Source: Emiliania huxleyi CCMP1516 (Eukaryota). Taken from it: 64,000 bases of DNA. Location of the stretch: positions 1 to 64,000 of the forward strand of contig NW_005201192.1 in the NCBI RefSeq assembly GCF_000372725.1, written 5' to 3'. The stretch's first letter is position 1, and each line of letters opens with the position of its first letter. This document shows, in pieces, positions 43,898 through 54,675 of this stretch. Made by a program: the position numbers and the translations under genes. The notes beneath the pieces are model-generated. The model was not told the origin of the DNA. It made no database searches and saw only the letters and a list, made by a program, of their open reading frames with translations.

Positions 43898-44905
43898 ATG
43901 GACAATGACACTGGAAGGAGCCGCGGTACCCAAAAATACCCTCGCGGCTTACGCTGCAGACAAAAAGGCAATGCCAGAGAGAAACGTCGCATCGGTCAAG
44001 TCCAGCAAAACAAGGAGGGAGCGTTCTTACCCCTACAGAATGCGAGCGGGGTGAAGGCAGCACTAAACTGCTGGAATGAGTCTGTGAGAGGGCATCGGCG
44101 CCACGCGTGTTTGAAAGGACTTCGGAAAGTGAGCCAAGCCGTGCTCGCAAGATGCTATGGTTTGTTGATGGCGATGAATGAGAAGAACCAATTGCCTGCG
44201 CGTCCCCCGGCGAATGTCGAAGTGAAGGCGTCGGTGCAGGCCTTTGAGGACGCTTTGAGCCAGGTTGGGACTGGCGTGGCGGCCCCTGACACGCTCTGCA
44301 GCTTCTTGCACAAGCCGGATTTTGGTGTGACCGCTGAGACCATGGCTCTGGCAACCACCTATGCTATGCGCGATATAAACGCGACTACGGACGCGGGCTC
44401 GTGTCATCAAGCCGTCGCAGGTACGCTCGCCGCCCTGGCTGTCAAGAACGTGGACCTCTTGTCCTCCGCGCCGGAGCGCCCGGCCCCACCGCCGCCGTCT
44501 TCGGGCGACGCGCGCAAGATGGGGCACCACCTCGGCGAATACCACCTCAGCGGACACCACCTCGGCGGAAACGTCGTCCAGCACCCCAGCAACTGCGCGC
44601 CCGGCGGATACCACCACGGCGGAAACCAGCACCCCAGCAACTGCGCGCCCTTCGTCGGATACGCCGTCTCTCCCATGTCCACGCTGCACTGTCACCCGCA
44701 GTCCTACTACCCGTACCAGCCGCCCAACCGCTGGAACCAGCTTCTCAACTACGGGCACCAGACCCACTGCATGTACTACCCGCACCAGCCGCACCAGCAG
44801 CCCAGCTACGGGCACCAGACCTACAACTACCCGCACCAGCCCAACTCGTCCTGGTATCAGCCGCGTCCGAGCGCACCGCCTGCTGGCTATCGCTGGCCGG
44901 CATAG
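43898..44905 (+). CDS. Hypothetical protein with a His/Gln/Pro/Tyr-rich low-complexity C-terminus
   Basis: 335-aa ORF with internal peptide repeats QHPSNCAP and YGHQT. Confidence 0.5.
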   Translation: MDNDTGRSRGTQKYPRGLRCRQKGNAREKRRIGQVQQNKEGAFLPLQNASGVKAALNCWNESVRGHRRHACLKGLRKVSQAVLARCYGLLMAMNEKNQLPARPPANVEVKASVQAFEDALSQVGTGVAAPDTLCSFLHKPDFGVTAETMALATTYAMRDINATTDAGSCHQAVAGTLAALAVKNVDLLSSAPERPAPPPPSSGDARKMGHHLGEYHLSGHHLGGNVVQHPSNCAPGGYHHGGNQHPSNCAPFVGYAVSPMSTLHCHPQSYYPYQPPNRWNQLLNYGHQTHCMYYPHQPHQQPSYGHQTYNYPHQPNSSWYQPRPSAPPAGYRWPA

Positions 44906-45333
44906 CCATGTTAGTCAGCACGAGCAGCTGGTGTGCTTTAACACACGGCAGCACGGTAAGACCACACAGCGAATCAGTGAGATACATGACAACTGTGCGA
45001 TCCGTCGTGTGTCGGCGCGGTGGACCGGTGTTCAGGTGGGCTGTCAAGGTCTCACTTTCACGGTCAAAACACAAGGGGATCTCTCTTTGCTGGTCGCGGG
45101 TGGCTCCTTGGTGATGGTGTCGTGGTCCGACATAAGTACAGGATACGTATAAAGAAGCCGGTGGGTGGGTGGGTCACAGACACGAGATGCTAGGGTGCCA
45201 CAGCGGCCAGCGGGGTTGACTACTCCAAAGCCGTAGCACACGCTACCAGCGCGGCCTTGCAGTCAAACTTGCCAGTTAGGACTACTAATCTGGGGGCATT
45301 GGGCGCCTACTCGGCGCCCCTTCAACTCCGGGG

Positions 45334-47547
45334 CTACCCGCACCACAAGTCCACAACTCTATCACGGCAGACGCGATCGATGAGCAGGTCGGGTCCCGGC
45401 GACAAATAGTCCGGATCGACGCATAGATGGTCGTCGAGATCGATCCAGGTTAGCCCCCAGCAGTGCAGCGGCAGGGCGATGCTTTGCAAGTTCGGCATGC
45501 GACCGGACAAAAGCGCACGTGCCAGCGCGTCGAGGGCGCCCTGCGTCACAGCGATATTCTGTCCCGGCAGTGCTTCGGGTGGACTCAGTAGAGGGACTCT
45601 GTTGCACGTCATCATCGTCCGCCGGCTGCGAAAGCCCAGCCGCAGATGTGTGAGTCGGCGAAAGCCGCCACTTTCGCTCGCCTTCATCAGGGCCTCCACG
45701 CCCCGATCGTCCAGATCGCACGCTCGAAGGGAGAGGTACGAGAGGAGCGGAAGCGCTCCCTCGCCCACCGCTGCCGCGAGCGATGCCGCGCCGACGCCAG
45801 TGAGACGGTTTTGTGCGAGGTCAAGCAGCTCGAGAGCCGACAGAGCGCCTGCCACGTCCGCCAACAGCTCGCATGCGCCATCGTCGAGGTCGTTGCGTTG
45901 TAGAGAGAGGGCACGCAGCCGGGGCGGCGCCGCGCCGTCTCTGAAGGCGAGGAGAATCGGCCGCACGCCCTCCACACATAGGTGGTTTGCGCTGAGGTTG
46001 AGGCGCTGAAGCGACGGCATGCTCCCACGCCCGAGAAGGTGCGCTAGCGTCTCGCATGGACGCTGCCATTGGCCGACGCAGCTCTGACTGGCGCGCACTG
46101 AAGCGCAGCACCCGCACGCGCAGGCAAAGTGATCGCAGTGAACACAGGGCTGGTCGAGTAGAGGACGGACCTGCAGGCACTCACCCGGGAGCGCGCGAAA
46201 CTCAACCGCAGCCTGCATCGTCACGGCTGACACCGGCCAGCTGGCATGCACGTCGATCGTGCGGTACGCGACGCCAGTCGGCACGAGCATGCTTTGGTGG
46301 AAGGGGAAAGAGCAAAAGGTGATTGGGGTGGCTCTGTACGGCATTCGGAAGCGGTCTTGACAGAAGGGGTCGCCAGTCCGGTACGTAGCCGACTTCTCGA
46401 GCAGCACTCGCGCGCCTCGGTGGTGAGCCTTCAGCTTCTTCATCTCCGAAGGAGCATCGCGGGCGCCGGCGCTGCCGCAGATAGCGCCGTGTACCGTCGT
46501 GCAGACGCTCGCGAAGCGGCAGGCCGATGCGGGTGAGAAGGGATCGGCCAGCTTTCGGAAGATGAGCCGCATAACGTCCGCCGGCATGCGCATGATGGAC
46601 CTGTTCATCCACTTGCGACACGCAGCGTCGATCGCGGCTTCCATCTTGCGGTGGCAAAGCAGTACGCTCTCGTTGAACAGCCAGGCGAGCGCCGCGGAAT
46701 CGTTGAAGGCGTCGCTGTAGTTGTGCACGCGCATGCGCCCGTTGGCGTGGCCCGGCCAGCTTATCGTAACGTAGTCGTACGTGTCGCGCATAACCCACCG
46801 GTACTCGGCCGCAAGGGCGTTGGATGTGCAGCAAAGGGCGCCGATCGTCCGGACCAACGACTGCGCGTCGTCTTCGTTGGCCCGCCAATCGCTGGCGATC
46901 GGGTGAAGGTGATCCCTCCCCGCGCCCCTTCCGGCAAGCCACTCCGGGATTGTCGAGTGACACACTGGTCGCGCCGGCGCCAGGTGCGTCAGCACGAGGT
47001 CCAGGATCGTAGGTCGACGTGGTATCGTGCGCGAGCGCCAATGGTCGCCTCCTCTGACGAACGGGCCGTCTTGGAATATCTCAGAGACATAGACGCCGTC
47101 TGAGAAAGTTGTCACCCTGTGGGTCGGCCGGCTGGTAGGTCCAAACGCTGCTTGGATCAAGTCGTGAAAGCGGCAGGGCGAGGATTGGAGGTACGGGGCC
47201 GCATCGTTGACGCATCTCGCGTTACCGCCGGCGCGAGCTAGAGGGTCTGGCCGCGTCCTCACCGGCGATGGCGCCGATGGCGGCGAAGGTGGAATCGACG
47301 GAGGCAGCGACGACGCAGGCGCCGGGGAGAGTGGCTGCGAGAGCGACGCGTGCGAGAGTGGCGACGGCGAGGACGGCAAGGGCAGCGATCGGAGGGCGAC
47401 GGCGGCGAAATCGCTCGCCGCCTCAAGGTAGCCGTCGCCGCCGGGCGCGTATCGCTCCTCTACCGCGCGGCGATGGCGTAGAAGGAGCCTGCCGGCGGAG
47501 CGAGCAGCACCCCGGAAGAGGCGCGAGAGGTGGACAGCCCTCGTCAT
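45334..47547 (-). CDS. F-box-like / RNI-type leucine-rich repeat protein
   Basis: F-box-like MRMPADVMRLIFRKL...FASVCTTVH. LRRs LQRLNLSANHL, LRALSLQRNDL, LELLDLAQNRL, LSYLSLRACDL. No introns evident. Confidence 0.75.
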   Translation of the reverse strand: MTRAVHLSRLFRGAARSAGRLLLRHRRAVEERYAPGGDGYLEAASDFAAVALRSLPLPSSPSPLSHASLSQPLSPAPASSLPPSIPPSPPSAPSPVRTRPDPLARAGGNARCVNDAAPYLQSSPCRFHDLIQAAFGPTSRPTHRVTTFSDGVYVSEIFQDGPFVRGGDHWRSRTIPRRPTILDLVLTHLAPARPVCHSTIPEWLAGRGAGRDHLHPIASDWRANEDDAQSLVRTIGALCCTSNALAAEYRWVMRDTYDYVTISWPGHANGRMRVHNYSDAFNDSAALAWLFNESVLLCHRKMEAAIDAACRKWMNRSIMRMPADVMRLIFRKLADPFSPASACRFASVCTTVHGAICGSAGARDAPSEMKKLKAHHRGARVLLEKSATYRTGDPFCQDRFRMPYRATPITFCSFPFHQSMLVPTGVAYRTIDVHASWPVSAVTMQAAVEFRALPGECLQVRPLLDQPCVHCDHFACACGCCASVRASQSCVGQWQRPCETLAHLLGRGSMPSLQRLNLSANHLCVEGVRPILLAFRDGAAPPRLRALSLQRNDLDDGACELLADVAGALSALELLDLAQNRLTGVGAASLAAAVGEGALPLLSYLSLRACDLDDRGVEALMKASESGGFRRLTHLRLGFRSRRTMMTCNRVPLLSPPEALPGQNIAVTQGALDALARALLSGRMPNLQSIALPLHCWGLTWIDLDDHLCVDPDYLSPGPDLLIDRVCRDRVVDLWCG

Positions 47548-47829
47548 GTGCTGGTCGATCGCGTACACGGCCGACTCCAGTTGGGAAAGTCCGAAAGAAG
47601 AGGATCGTCTTCACATAGCACGAAAAGCCAATCGGCGCACGGCTCGTACAGCGTGGAGCACGGCGTGCGGCTCGAGCAGTCGTCCGAAATACGCCACCAC
47701 CGCCCGAGGCGCCAACATACCCGGTTCTGCTTGAGCCTGGGATCCCATCGGCCACTTCGAGACCGCGGCGGTGCGTGCCCGAGAGATCGAGGATGGAGCG
47801 CGCGTCGCCACTCGCGACGCGCGCGCGCG

Positions 47830-48121
47830 AGGCGGCGAGGCGCGAGGCGGCGGCGGCGGTGGCGGCGGCGAGAACGGCGGCACCGAGTTCGTCTCGGTGA
47901 GCGGAGCGGCGGCGGGAGGAGGAGCAGCGGCGGCGCTCTCGCTGTTGAGCGCGCTGTTTTGAGCCTGGGATCCCATGTCACTGCGACCGGCGTGCCCGGG
48001 GACGGAGATCGCGCGCGCGCCGCATTCACGACGCGCGCGCGATCTTCGCGGAGTCGGGTCCCCAGAGGGAAGCGGTCTTTTCGGCCGACGTCCAGCGGCG
48101 TGCAAGGAAGCAGGCGCAGCG
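47830..48121. repeat. Dispersed ~290-bp repeat, copy 1 (copy 2 at 53760-54051)
   Basis: Long near-identical stretch including CACGACGCGCGCGCGATCTTCGCGGAGTCGGGTCCCCAGAGGGAAGCGGTCTT. Confidence 0.9.
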
Positions 48122-48447
48122 CCGGCGGTGTCGCGCTGCATGGGCCAGCAGGGTGCAGTGGCGAGGGGCGGCGGGCTCGGACGTCCACCGAGTCGCTCCG
48201 CGCGCCAGGCGGAGCGCGCGCGCGGGCCAGGAAGCTCTCAGCAGGCTGAAGAGGACATCTGCGCTTATTGCGGGGCGGGCGGGACTCGACTTTGTATTCG
48301 CCACACGCCTTCCTACCGGTAAACCGGGGAAGGTATTCTTTCAATCTGCCTACCTAGGTACCTGGGTACTCGAGATACTCGCGATGCGCGCACAGTCGCT
48401 CGAGGCGCGAAAAGTGGTGGTCTCAACTCCGTGCTAGTCGAAGGACA

Positions 48448-49534
48448 ATGACGATCGCACGCCTTGCTATCCTTCTCCTCGCGGCCAGCTTTATGCCGAC
48501 CGCTGCGCTCTTGCCACCACGCATTGTCATGGCAGCGCCCTCTTCCCTGAGGCCTCCGCGTCTCGCCACCCTGCGACGCGCTCGGGTGCAGATGCTGTCG
48601 CCCTCGGCTGGATCACTCGCGGCCGCGTCGATGTTGCCAGCGCTGCTCGGCTTCTGGAAATCCGAGTACGGTGTCAGCTACGCGTACGGCACTGCGACGT
48701 TTCTTTCCGGAATACTTGTACTGCCATCTGCAACCACGCGCATCGCGACAGCGCATGCAGCCTGCCTTGCGCTGTACGGGCTGAGGCTGAACGCCTTTCT
48801 GCTGTACCGTGAGCTGAGTATCGCCCGCTTCCGTGAGTTCCGCGACAAGATCGAGGCGCGCGCGCTCGAGAAGGGCGGCCGCCTCAGCAGGGCTCCCTTC
48901 ATCGCCTCGTGCGGCCTCCTCTACCTCGGGCTCGCCGCGCCGCTGATGCTCACCGCGCCCGCCTCCGCCCCTCCCGCCCTCGCCGGGGCCCTCGTCTGCC
49001 TGATGTACGCCGGCTGGCTCACCGCGGCGGCCGGCGACGCGTGGAAATCTGTGGTCAAGGCTCGCAAGGGCGAGGACGCCCTCGTGACCGGTGGCCCGTT
49101 CCGCCACCTGCGACACCCAAACTTCAGCGGCGAGATGCTGCTCTGGGGTGCGAGCGCCGCCGCCGGCGCCGCCACCGCTGCCACGAATTTCGACGGCCGC
49201 GGCGTGCTCGCTGCGTGCGGCTGGCTCTCGCTGAGTGCGCTCGGCTGGGCAGGCATCAGCTTTGTCCTCGCACAGGCCGCCACCAGCCTCGAGAAGCGGC
49301 AGGCGGCGCTGCAGCCCTCCCGCGCCGCGCCGCAACCCTCGCGCCGCGCCGCCTCACGCACTGCCGAGACCGCCGCAGGCGCAAAAGTACGCGGGGACGC
49401 CGGGCTTCACAGAGTGGCGGCGAGGCGCTTGGCCGGGCATCACGCTCCCGCAAAAGCAGTGGCCTGCTGTCGGCGGCAGCGCGGGCCCGCACCGCATGGC
49501 CGGCCGCTGGCCGCCGCCAAGCCGAGCCCGTTAG
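48448..49534 (+). CDS. DUF1295 / steroid 5-alpha-reductase-like membrane protein; GC-AG intron 49303-49378
   Basis: LYGLRLNAFLLYR, AGDAWKS, LVTGGPFRHLRHPNFSGEMLLW. N-terminal signal/transit-like peptide. Confidence 0.85.
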
Positions 49535-50210
49535 CTGCTCGTGCTGGCGCGGCGCTTGTACTGGATGAGACAGATACGATTGTTTTTACCTAAGCTTTTA
49601 CGATTGTCTGTATTTTTCAGGCCGCGGCGTCTGCGCACAACTGCAGTCTGCACGGGCGGTGCGCGTGTGGAGAGAAGCGAACGCGAGAGCGGCAGCGGGA
49701 GCCGAAAATGAGTACAGCTAGGGTAAGGCTAACTACTTGGCAGTGTAGGGTGCCTTCCGGCGTGAACAGTGCCCCGGGACGAAAGAGGAGGCGACGTCTC
49801 TCTCGTCCGAGCGGGGCCTCGATGTGCGCATCGACGGGGTGCAACCACAACCAGCTTTGAGAGACGGGAACGAACGGCGGTGAATCGCCGACAGCGGCGC
49901 CTTTGTTCCTGACCAGTCTGCTATTGAGCTTGAGTTGGAGGTGTTGACTGGATTTTATGCACAAATCTGTGTGTCGTCTTGTTGTTTTGACAGTATCCTG
50001 CTAAAATGCGCTAAAAATCTCCGTCTCTGCGAGCGCAAGGCGGTGGCAAATTTTTCTTCGCCTCCGGCGGGGCCGCTCGCCGCGGGGCAGAGAGGGACTT
50101 TTTGTCGATGTCGGCTAGTGCTGCACCTTTTTGAGAATTTCAAAACACGAATAAATAAATCAACACATACGCACCCGGCGACCAAGCAACAACACCGCTC
50201 ACAAAAAACT

Positions 50211-51564
50211 CTACAGTCTTGCGAGCCGATCGCACGCCTTCTCGATCGCCTTGAGCAGCGCCGGTGAGGCCCTCCTCACGCCGTCCGCAGCCTTGATTGC
50301 GTCCTCGAGCTCCTCCACCGTCAACGCCGACGAGAGGGCTTGTATCGCCTGCTGCTCGACGGCAGCCTTGCCCGGCTTCTCCTTGCGGCCGCCGCCACCG
50401 CCTCTCCTCCCCTTCGGCCTCTCCCCTGCCTCCGCCTCGCCGCCGCCCTCCTCGTCGGCCCGATTGCGAGCAGCATCAAGGGCCACGCCCGCCTCCGCCG
50501 CCACTCCCGCCTCCGCCTCCGCCTGCGCCTCCGCCGCCGCGCCCGACCCTGCCGCCTCTGCGGCCGCCTCTGCTGCCGCCTCTGCCGCCGCCGCCTTCTC
50601 CGCCGCCTCGCCCAGCGCGTCCAGCCTCGCCTCTGCCCTCGCAAGCAGCGCCCTCACCTCGTCCCACTCGGCGGCGCCGTCGCGCGCGTGCGACACCGCG
50701 CGCCTGTGGACATGTCTCAGACATGTCATGCGCGTGTCCGTGGACGCCCCGGACATGCCGAACACGTGCGACACCGCGCGCCTCGCCGCGTCCGCCCTCG
50801 CCTTGAGCGCGCTGAAGCGGAGCAGCAGCTCGTCCAGCGGCACGGAGAGCTCGACCGGCCCCGAGAGGTGCGTGCGGAGCGCCGCCGTCACTCTCTCCCG
50901 CCGCGCGGTCTGCTCAGCCATCCACTTCTGCTCGCGCCTCCGCTCGGCCTCCGCCTCCGCCACTCGCTGATGCGCCGTCCGCGCGGCCTCCTCCTTGGCG
51001 CGCGCCTGCTCGCAGCGGCAGGATGTGAAGAGACGCCGAAGCGCAGAGGCGGCCTCCGCCCTCCCTCGCCTGCGCCGCCGCCATCTGCTTGGCCGCTTCC
51101 TCCTTCCGCCTCTCACGCGCCCTTGCACGCTCCGCAAAGATCTCTTCGCGGCGGCGCTCCGCGGCGCACGCAGCGCACTTGCAGTCGGCGCGGTGCTGCG
51201 GAGGCGGCTCAAAGTCCCAGGCGCGGCCGCCGCCTCTGTTCGGGGGCGGCGGGCCAGCGTACCAGCGCCGGAAGAGGTCCTCCCAGGACGAAGCAAAGTG
51301 GTCGGCGCCGGTTGCAGAGTCGGCGGTGTCCTCGTCCGATTCATCCGCGTTTGCGCCCCACCGGCGAGGGTTGTCGTGGTACTGCTGCAGCCGGTCCCAC
51401 GCCTCGCCGATCGACTGAAACTTTGAGGTGGCGCTCGGGTCGCCAGGGTTGCGGTCTGGGTGATGGCGCAGAGCGCACTTGCGGTAGGCCTTCTGGGCGT
51501 CCTCGCGCGAAGCGGAGGGCGGCACGCCGAGCAGGTCGCAGGCGTCGGCCAGGCGCATATACAT
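50211..51564 (-). CDS. DnaJ (J-domain) protein with coiled-coil C-terminus, multi-exon
   Basis: LLGVPPSASREDAQKAYRKCALRHHPDRNPGDPSATSKFQSIGEAW with intact HPD. Short intron near 51007-51070. Confidence 0.85.
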
Positions 51565-51824
51565 TGCAATGCTGGAACGCGCGCGCGGGCCGCACCCCCA
51601 CACCGGTATCCCGCCGCCTCCCTCGCGGCCGGCGGGCCGGGCGCGACGTGGTTTTTTTCTTTTTCGCTTCCTCTCACCCCTGGTGTTTCCTTTTCTCTTT
51701 GGCTGTGTCGTGGACACACTTCTTTCTTTGAGTATTTATCCGTGCGGGACGACTGAGGACGGGTGCGGCGCGCTGTGGGACAGCGTCCAGGGCCGCGGAC
51801 CGCGTTTGGGGAGTGAGCGCGGCG

Positions 51825-53003
51825 CTATCCACGAGAGTGCCTCGGCCGGCGTATGCTCCCCGTGAGGTACAGCCACGCTGACGGAGTCTGGCATAGCTCG
51901 TGGCCTCCCTCGGCCCCGCTCTGGCCCGACGCCTCCGGGTCGCTGCTGCTCGCCTTGCTCTCCCTCTCCCCCGCGGCGAGCGGCTCGTGCTCGTGCTCGC
52001 TCGCCCTGCTGCTCATGCTCGAGAGGAGCTCTCGGGCAATGTCGGCGGAGCTCTGGTCCTGGCGCGGGCGCACCGCAGCGTCGCCCGCCTTGCCGTGGTA
52101 CTCGCACACGATGGCGGCGAGGAGGAGCAGCCCGCCCGCCGCGTACTTCTCCGTCCATGGCTTTGGGAAGAGGAGGAAGGAGATGACGACCGTGAGCGCC
52201 TTGCGCATGGTGGTGACAAACACGGCGGCGACCGCGCCGCTGTCCTGCATGAGCCGCGTGTAGAGCAGCGCGCCCAGGTAGAAGAGTACGCAGCGCAGCA
52301 GCAGCAGCGCCCAGTACACCCAGCTGCGCGAGAAGAACGCGACGGCGGGCAGCAGCTCGCCCGTGTAGAGGGTGAGCAGCAGCGTCACGAGGAAGCCCCA
52401 CCCGTTGGAGAGCGTCATCGTCTCGTGGACGGTCGCGCCGTGGTCTCGCAGCAGCCGGTCGGTGCTCGTGTTCTGCAGTGCCTGTGCAAAGAGGCAGAGG
52501 AACGAGAGCAGGATCCCCGTCGGGCTGAACTCAGTCTCCACCTCGCGCTCGCCGAGGCCAAAGAGCGACGCGGACGCGACCATCAGCAACGCGGCGGACA
52601 GCTGGCACGCGTTGTACCGCCGCTGTAGCCAGCAAACGGAGAGCGCCATCACGGGCAGCAGCTTCATCGACTTGAGCACCGTCCCGGTTGCATAGTTGAG
52701 GTGCTTGAACGCCAGCTTGCCGAGCCCGGTGCCGGCGGCGAGGCTGCAGCCAGAGACCGCGTAGAGGCGCATCGGCCCGCTTGGATGCATCGACGGCATC
52801 GACAGCACGGACCTGCCCTGCTCGCTCGCAGAAGAGGCGTGACCGAGCACGGTGAAGAGGAGCAGCTCGATCAGCGCCACAAACCAAAAGTAGTGGAACC
52901 CGTGCAGCTGCTTGAAGATCCACTCCTCGATGATGCAGCTGAGCTGGATGAGGCAGATGGTGCCGGTGGCGAGGAGGAAATAGCGCCGGTCGCAGGCAGG
53001 CAT
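51825..53003 (-). CDS. UAA-family nucleotide-sugar/PAPS transporter (SLC35B-like)
   Basis: About 10 TM helices. IIEEWIF, LNYATGTVLKSMKLLPVM, VTTMRKALTVVISFLLFPKP. Confidence 0.88.
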   Translation of the reverse strand: MPACDRRYFLLATGTICLIQLSCIIEEWIFKQLHGFHYFWFVALIELLLFTVLGHASSASEQGRSVLSMPSMHPSGPMRLYAVSGCSLAAGTGLGKLAFKHLNYATGTVLKSMKLLPVMALSVCWLQRRYNACQLSAALLMVASASLFGLGEREVETEFSPTGILLSFLCLFAQALQNTSTDRLLRDHGATVHETMTLSNGWGFLVTLLLTLYTGELLPAVAFFSRSWVYWALLLLRCVLFYLGALLYTRLMQDSGAVAAVFVTTMRKALTVVISFLLFPKPWTEKYAAGGLLLLAAIVCEYHGKAGDAAVRPRQDQSSADIARELLSSMSSRASEHEHEPLAAGERESKASSSDPEASGQSGAEGGHELCQTPSAWLYLTGSIRRPRHSRG

Positions 53004-53759
53004 ACACACGAAGTGGTGCGGCCCGCGAATGCGCTGGTGCACGTAGAACTTGAACGGGCCTTGCGCGAGGGAAAAAATACCAGACCGTTTTGAGTAGCGG
53101 AAAAGCCGCCGGTGGCATCTCTTTCCACCCAAGAAGCCCGTTTGGAGGGATGGGCGGCAGTGTGTGCGGGCGGTGTGAAGTGCTAGAGTCCTCTCATCAA
53201 TTTAGAACGAAACGCCCCTCCCTCCTTCCCTCTATCCCTTTTGCTCTCTAACCTAGACACAGACAGACTGTTCACCAACCAATCCTCTACCCCTCCCTCT
53301 CTCCCCATCCTAGACTCCCTCCACGCGTCCGATCTGGCCAAGCCCGCTGCGGCAAACATACTCGCGCGGGAGCATTTCACTCTAGCTGAGGGGGGCTCGC
53401 TAAACGCTCGCCGAGCTCCATGCTGTGCAACACCACCTCCTCACTAATCGTCAGGGGCGCGGAGAGCGCAGTGCACTGCGGTGAGGCTGCGCAGCGGGGG
53501 CTCGCCCCCTGCACCGCGCTCAGCGGCGCAGGGGAGGGCGGTCGGTGGCGGCGGCGGCGAGGCGCGAGGCGGTGGCGGCGGTGGTGCGGGCGGCGGGATG
53601 ACAGGGGAGGCGGCGGGATTGACAGGGGAGGCGGCGGCCACGAGCGGAGCGGCGCGAGAAGGGGGGGGGCGGCGGCGAGGCGCCGGTGAGCGAGGCGCCC
53701 GCGCCACATAGAGTATCAGAGGGACGCGCCGCTGCGAGATGGAGGGCGGCGGTGACGGA

Positions 53760-53771
53760 GGCGAGGCGCGA

Positions 53772-53807
<36 letters not shown>

Positions 53808-54051
53808 AACGGCGGCACCGAGTCTCGGTGAGCGGCGGCGGGAGGAGGAGCAGCGGCGGCGCTCGCTCGCTGTTGACGGGATTGCTTTTGAGCCTGGGAG
53901 CCCATGCCACTGCGACCGGCGTGCCCGGGAACGGAGATCGCGCGCGCGCCGCCACTCACGACGCGCGCGCGATCTTCGCGGAGTCGGGTCCCCAGAGGGA
54001 AGCGGTCTTCTCGGCCGACGTCCAGCGGCGCGCAAGGAAGCAGGCGCAGCG
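53760..54051. repeat. Dispersed ~290-bp repeat, copy 2
   Basis: Direct-orientation match to 47830-48121. Confidence 0.9.
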
Positions 54052-54675
54052 GAGGCGGCCTAGCACCGGCTCGGCGCCGGGCGGTTGCGCTGCCCGCGAG
54101 CCGCGTCCTGAGCCTCGGCAGCGCGCTGCGCGGCGCGGCGCTCGCGTTGCTTCTGTGCCGAGAGCGGCATGATTCGCCAGCTGAAGCTCGAGACTCCTCG
54201 GGTCCGCGAGTTGCGCAGGTCACAATTTGCGCGTTGAGCGAAATTGGCGTAAGCGTCTGAAAGCAGTCTTGGGTGGTTACGCGAGCCCTTGTCCCTGCGA
54301 ACGCGCACCCCCGGGGCTAGGGCTCTCTAGCCCGTAACCCGATACCGATCATCCGGCCCGCTGGGTGCGCTTCTGAGCTCCCCGGCCCTGGATGTGAGGT
54401 TACCGACTGCACTCCAAGACCAAGTGCTCCAAGTGCTTCTCTCTGTTTGTCTGTTTGTCCCATCCCTCCCTTGGGTTGTCTGTTTTCTCTTTTCTCTTTT
54501 TTCTCTGGTGCTCTGCTTTCTTTCTTTCTTTCTGGCTTCTGCCTGTGCATGCCTTCTCTCTGCCACGGGAGAGAAAAGCCACGGAGCACGGTGAGCCACC
54601 CGCGCTAGGTCTCGGGGGACGCAGGGGTCAGCCCCGCGCGACCTCGGGAACTAGCCGGGGCAGAGGCCACTTCTT

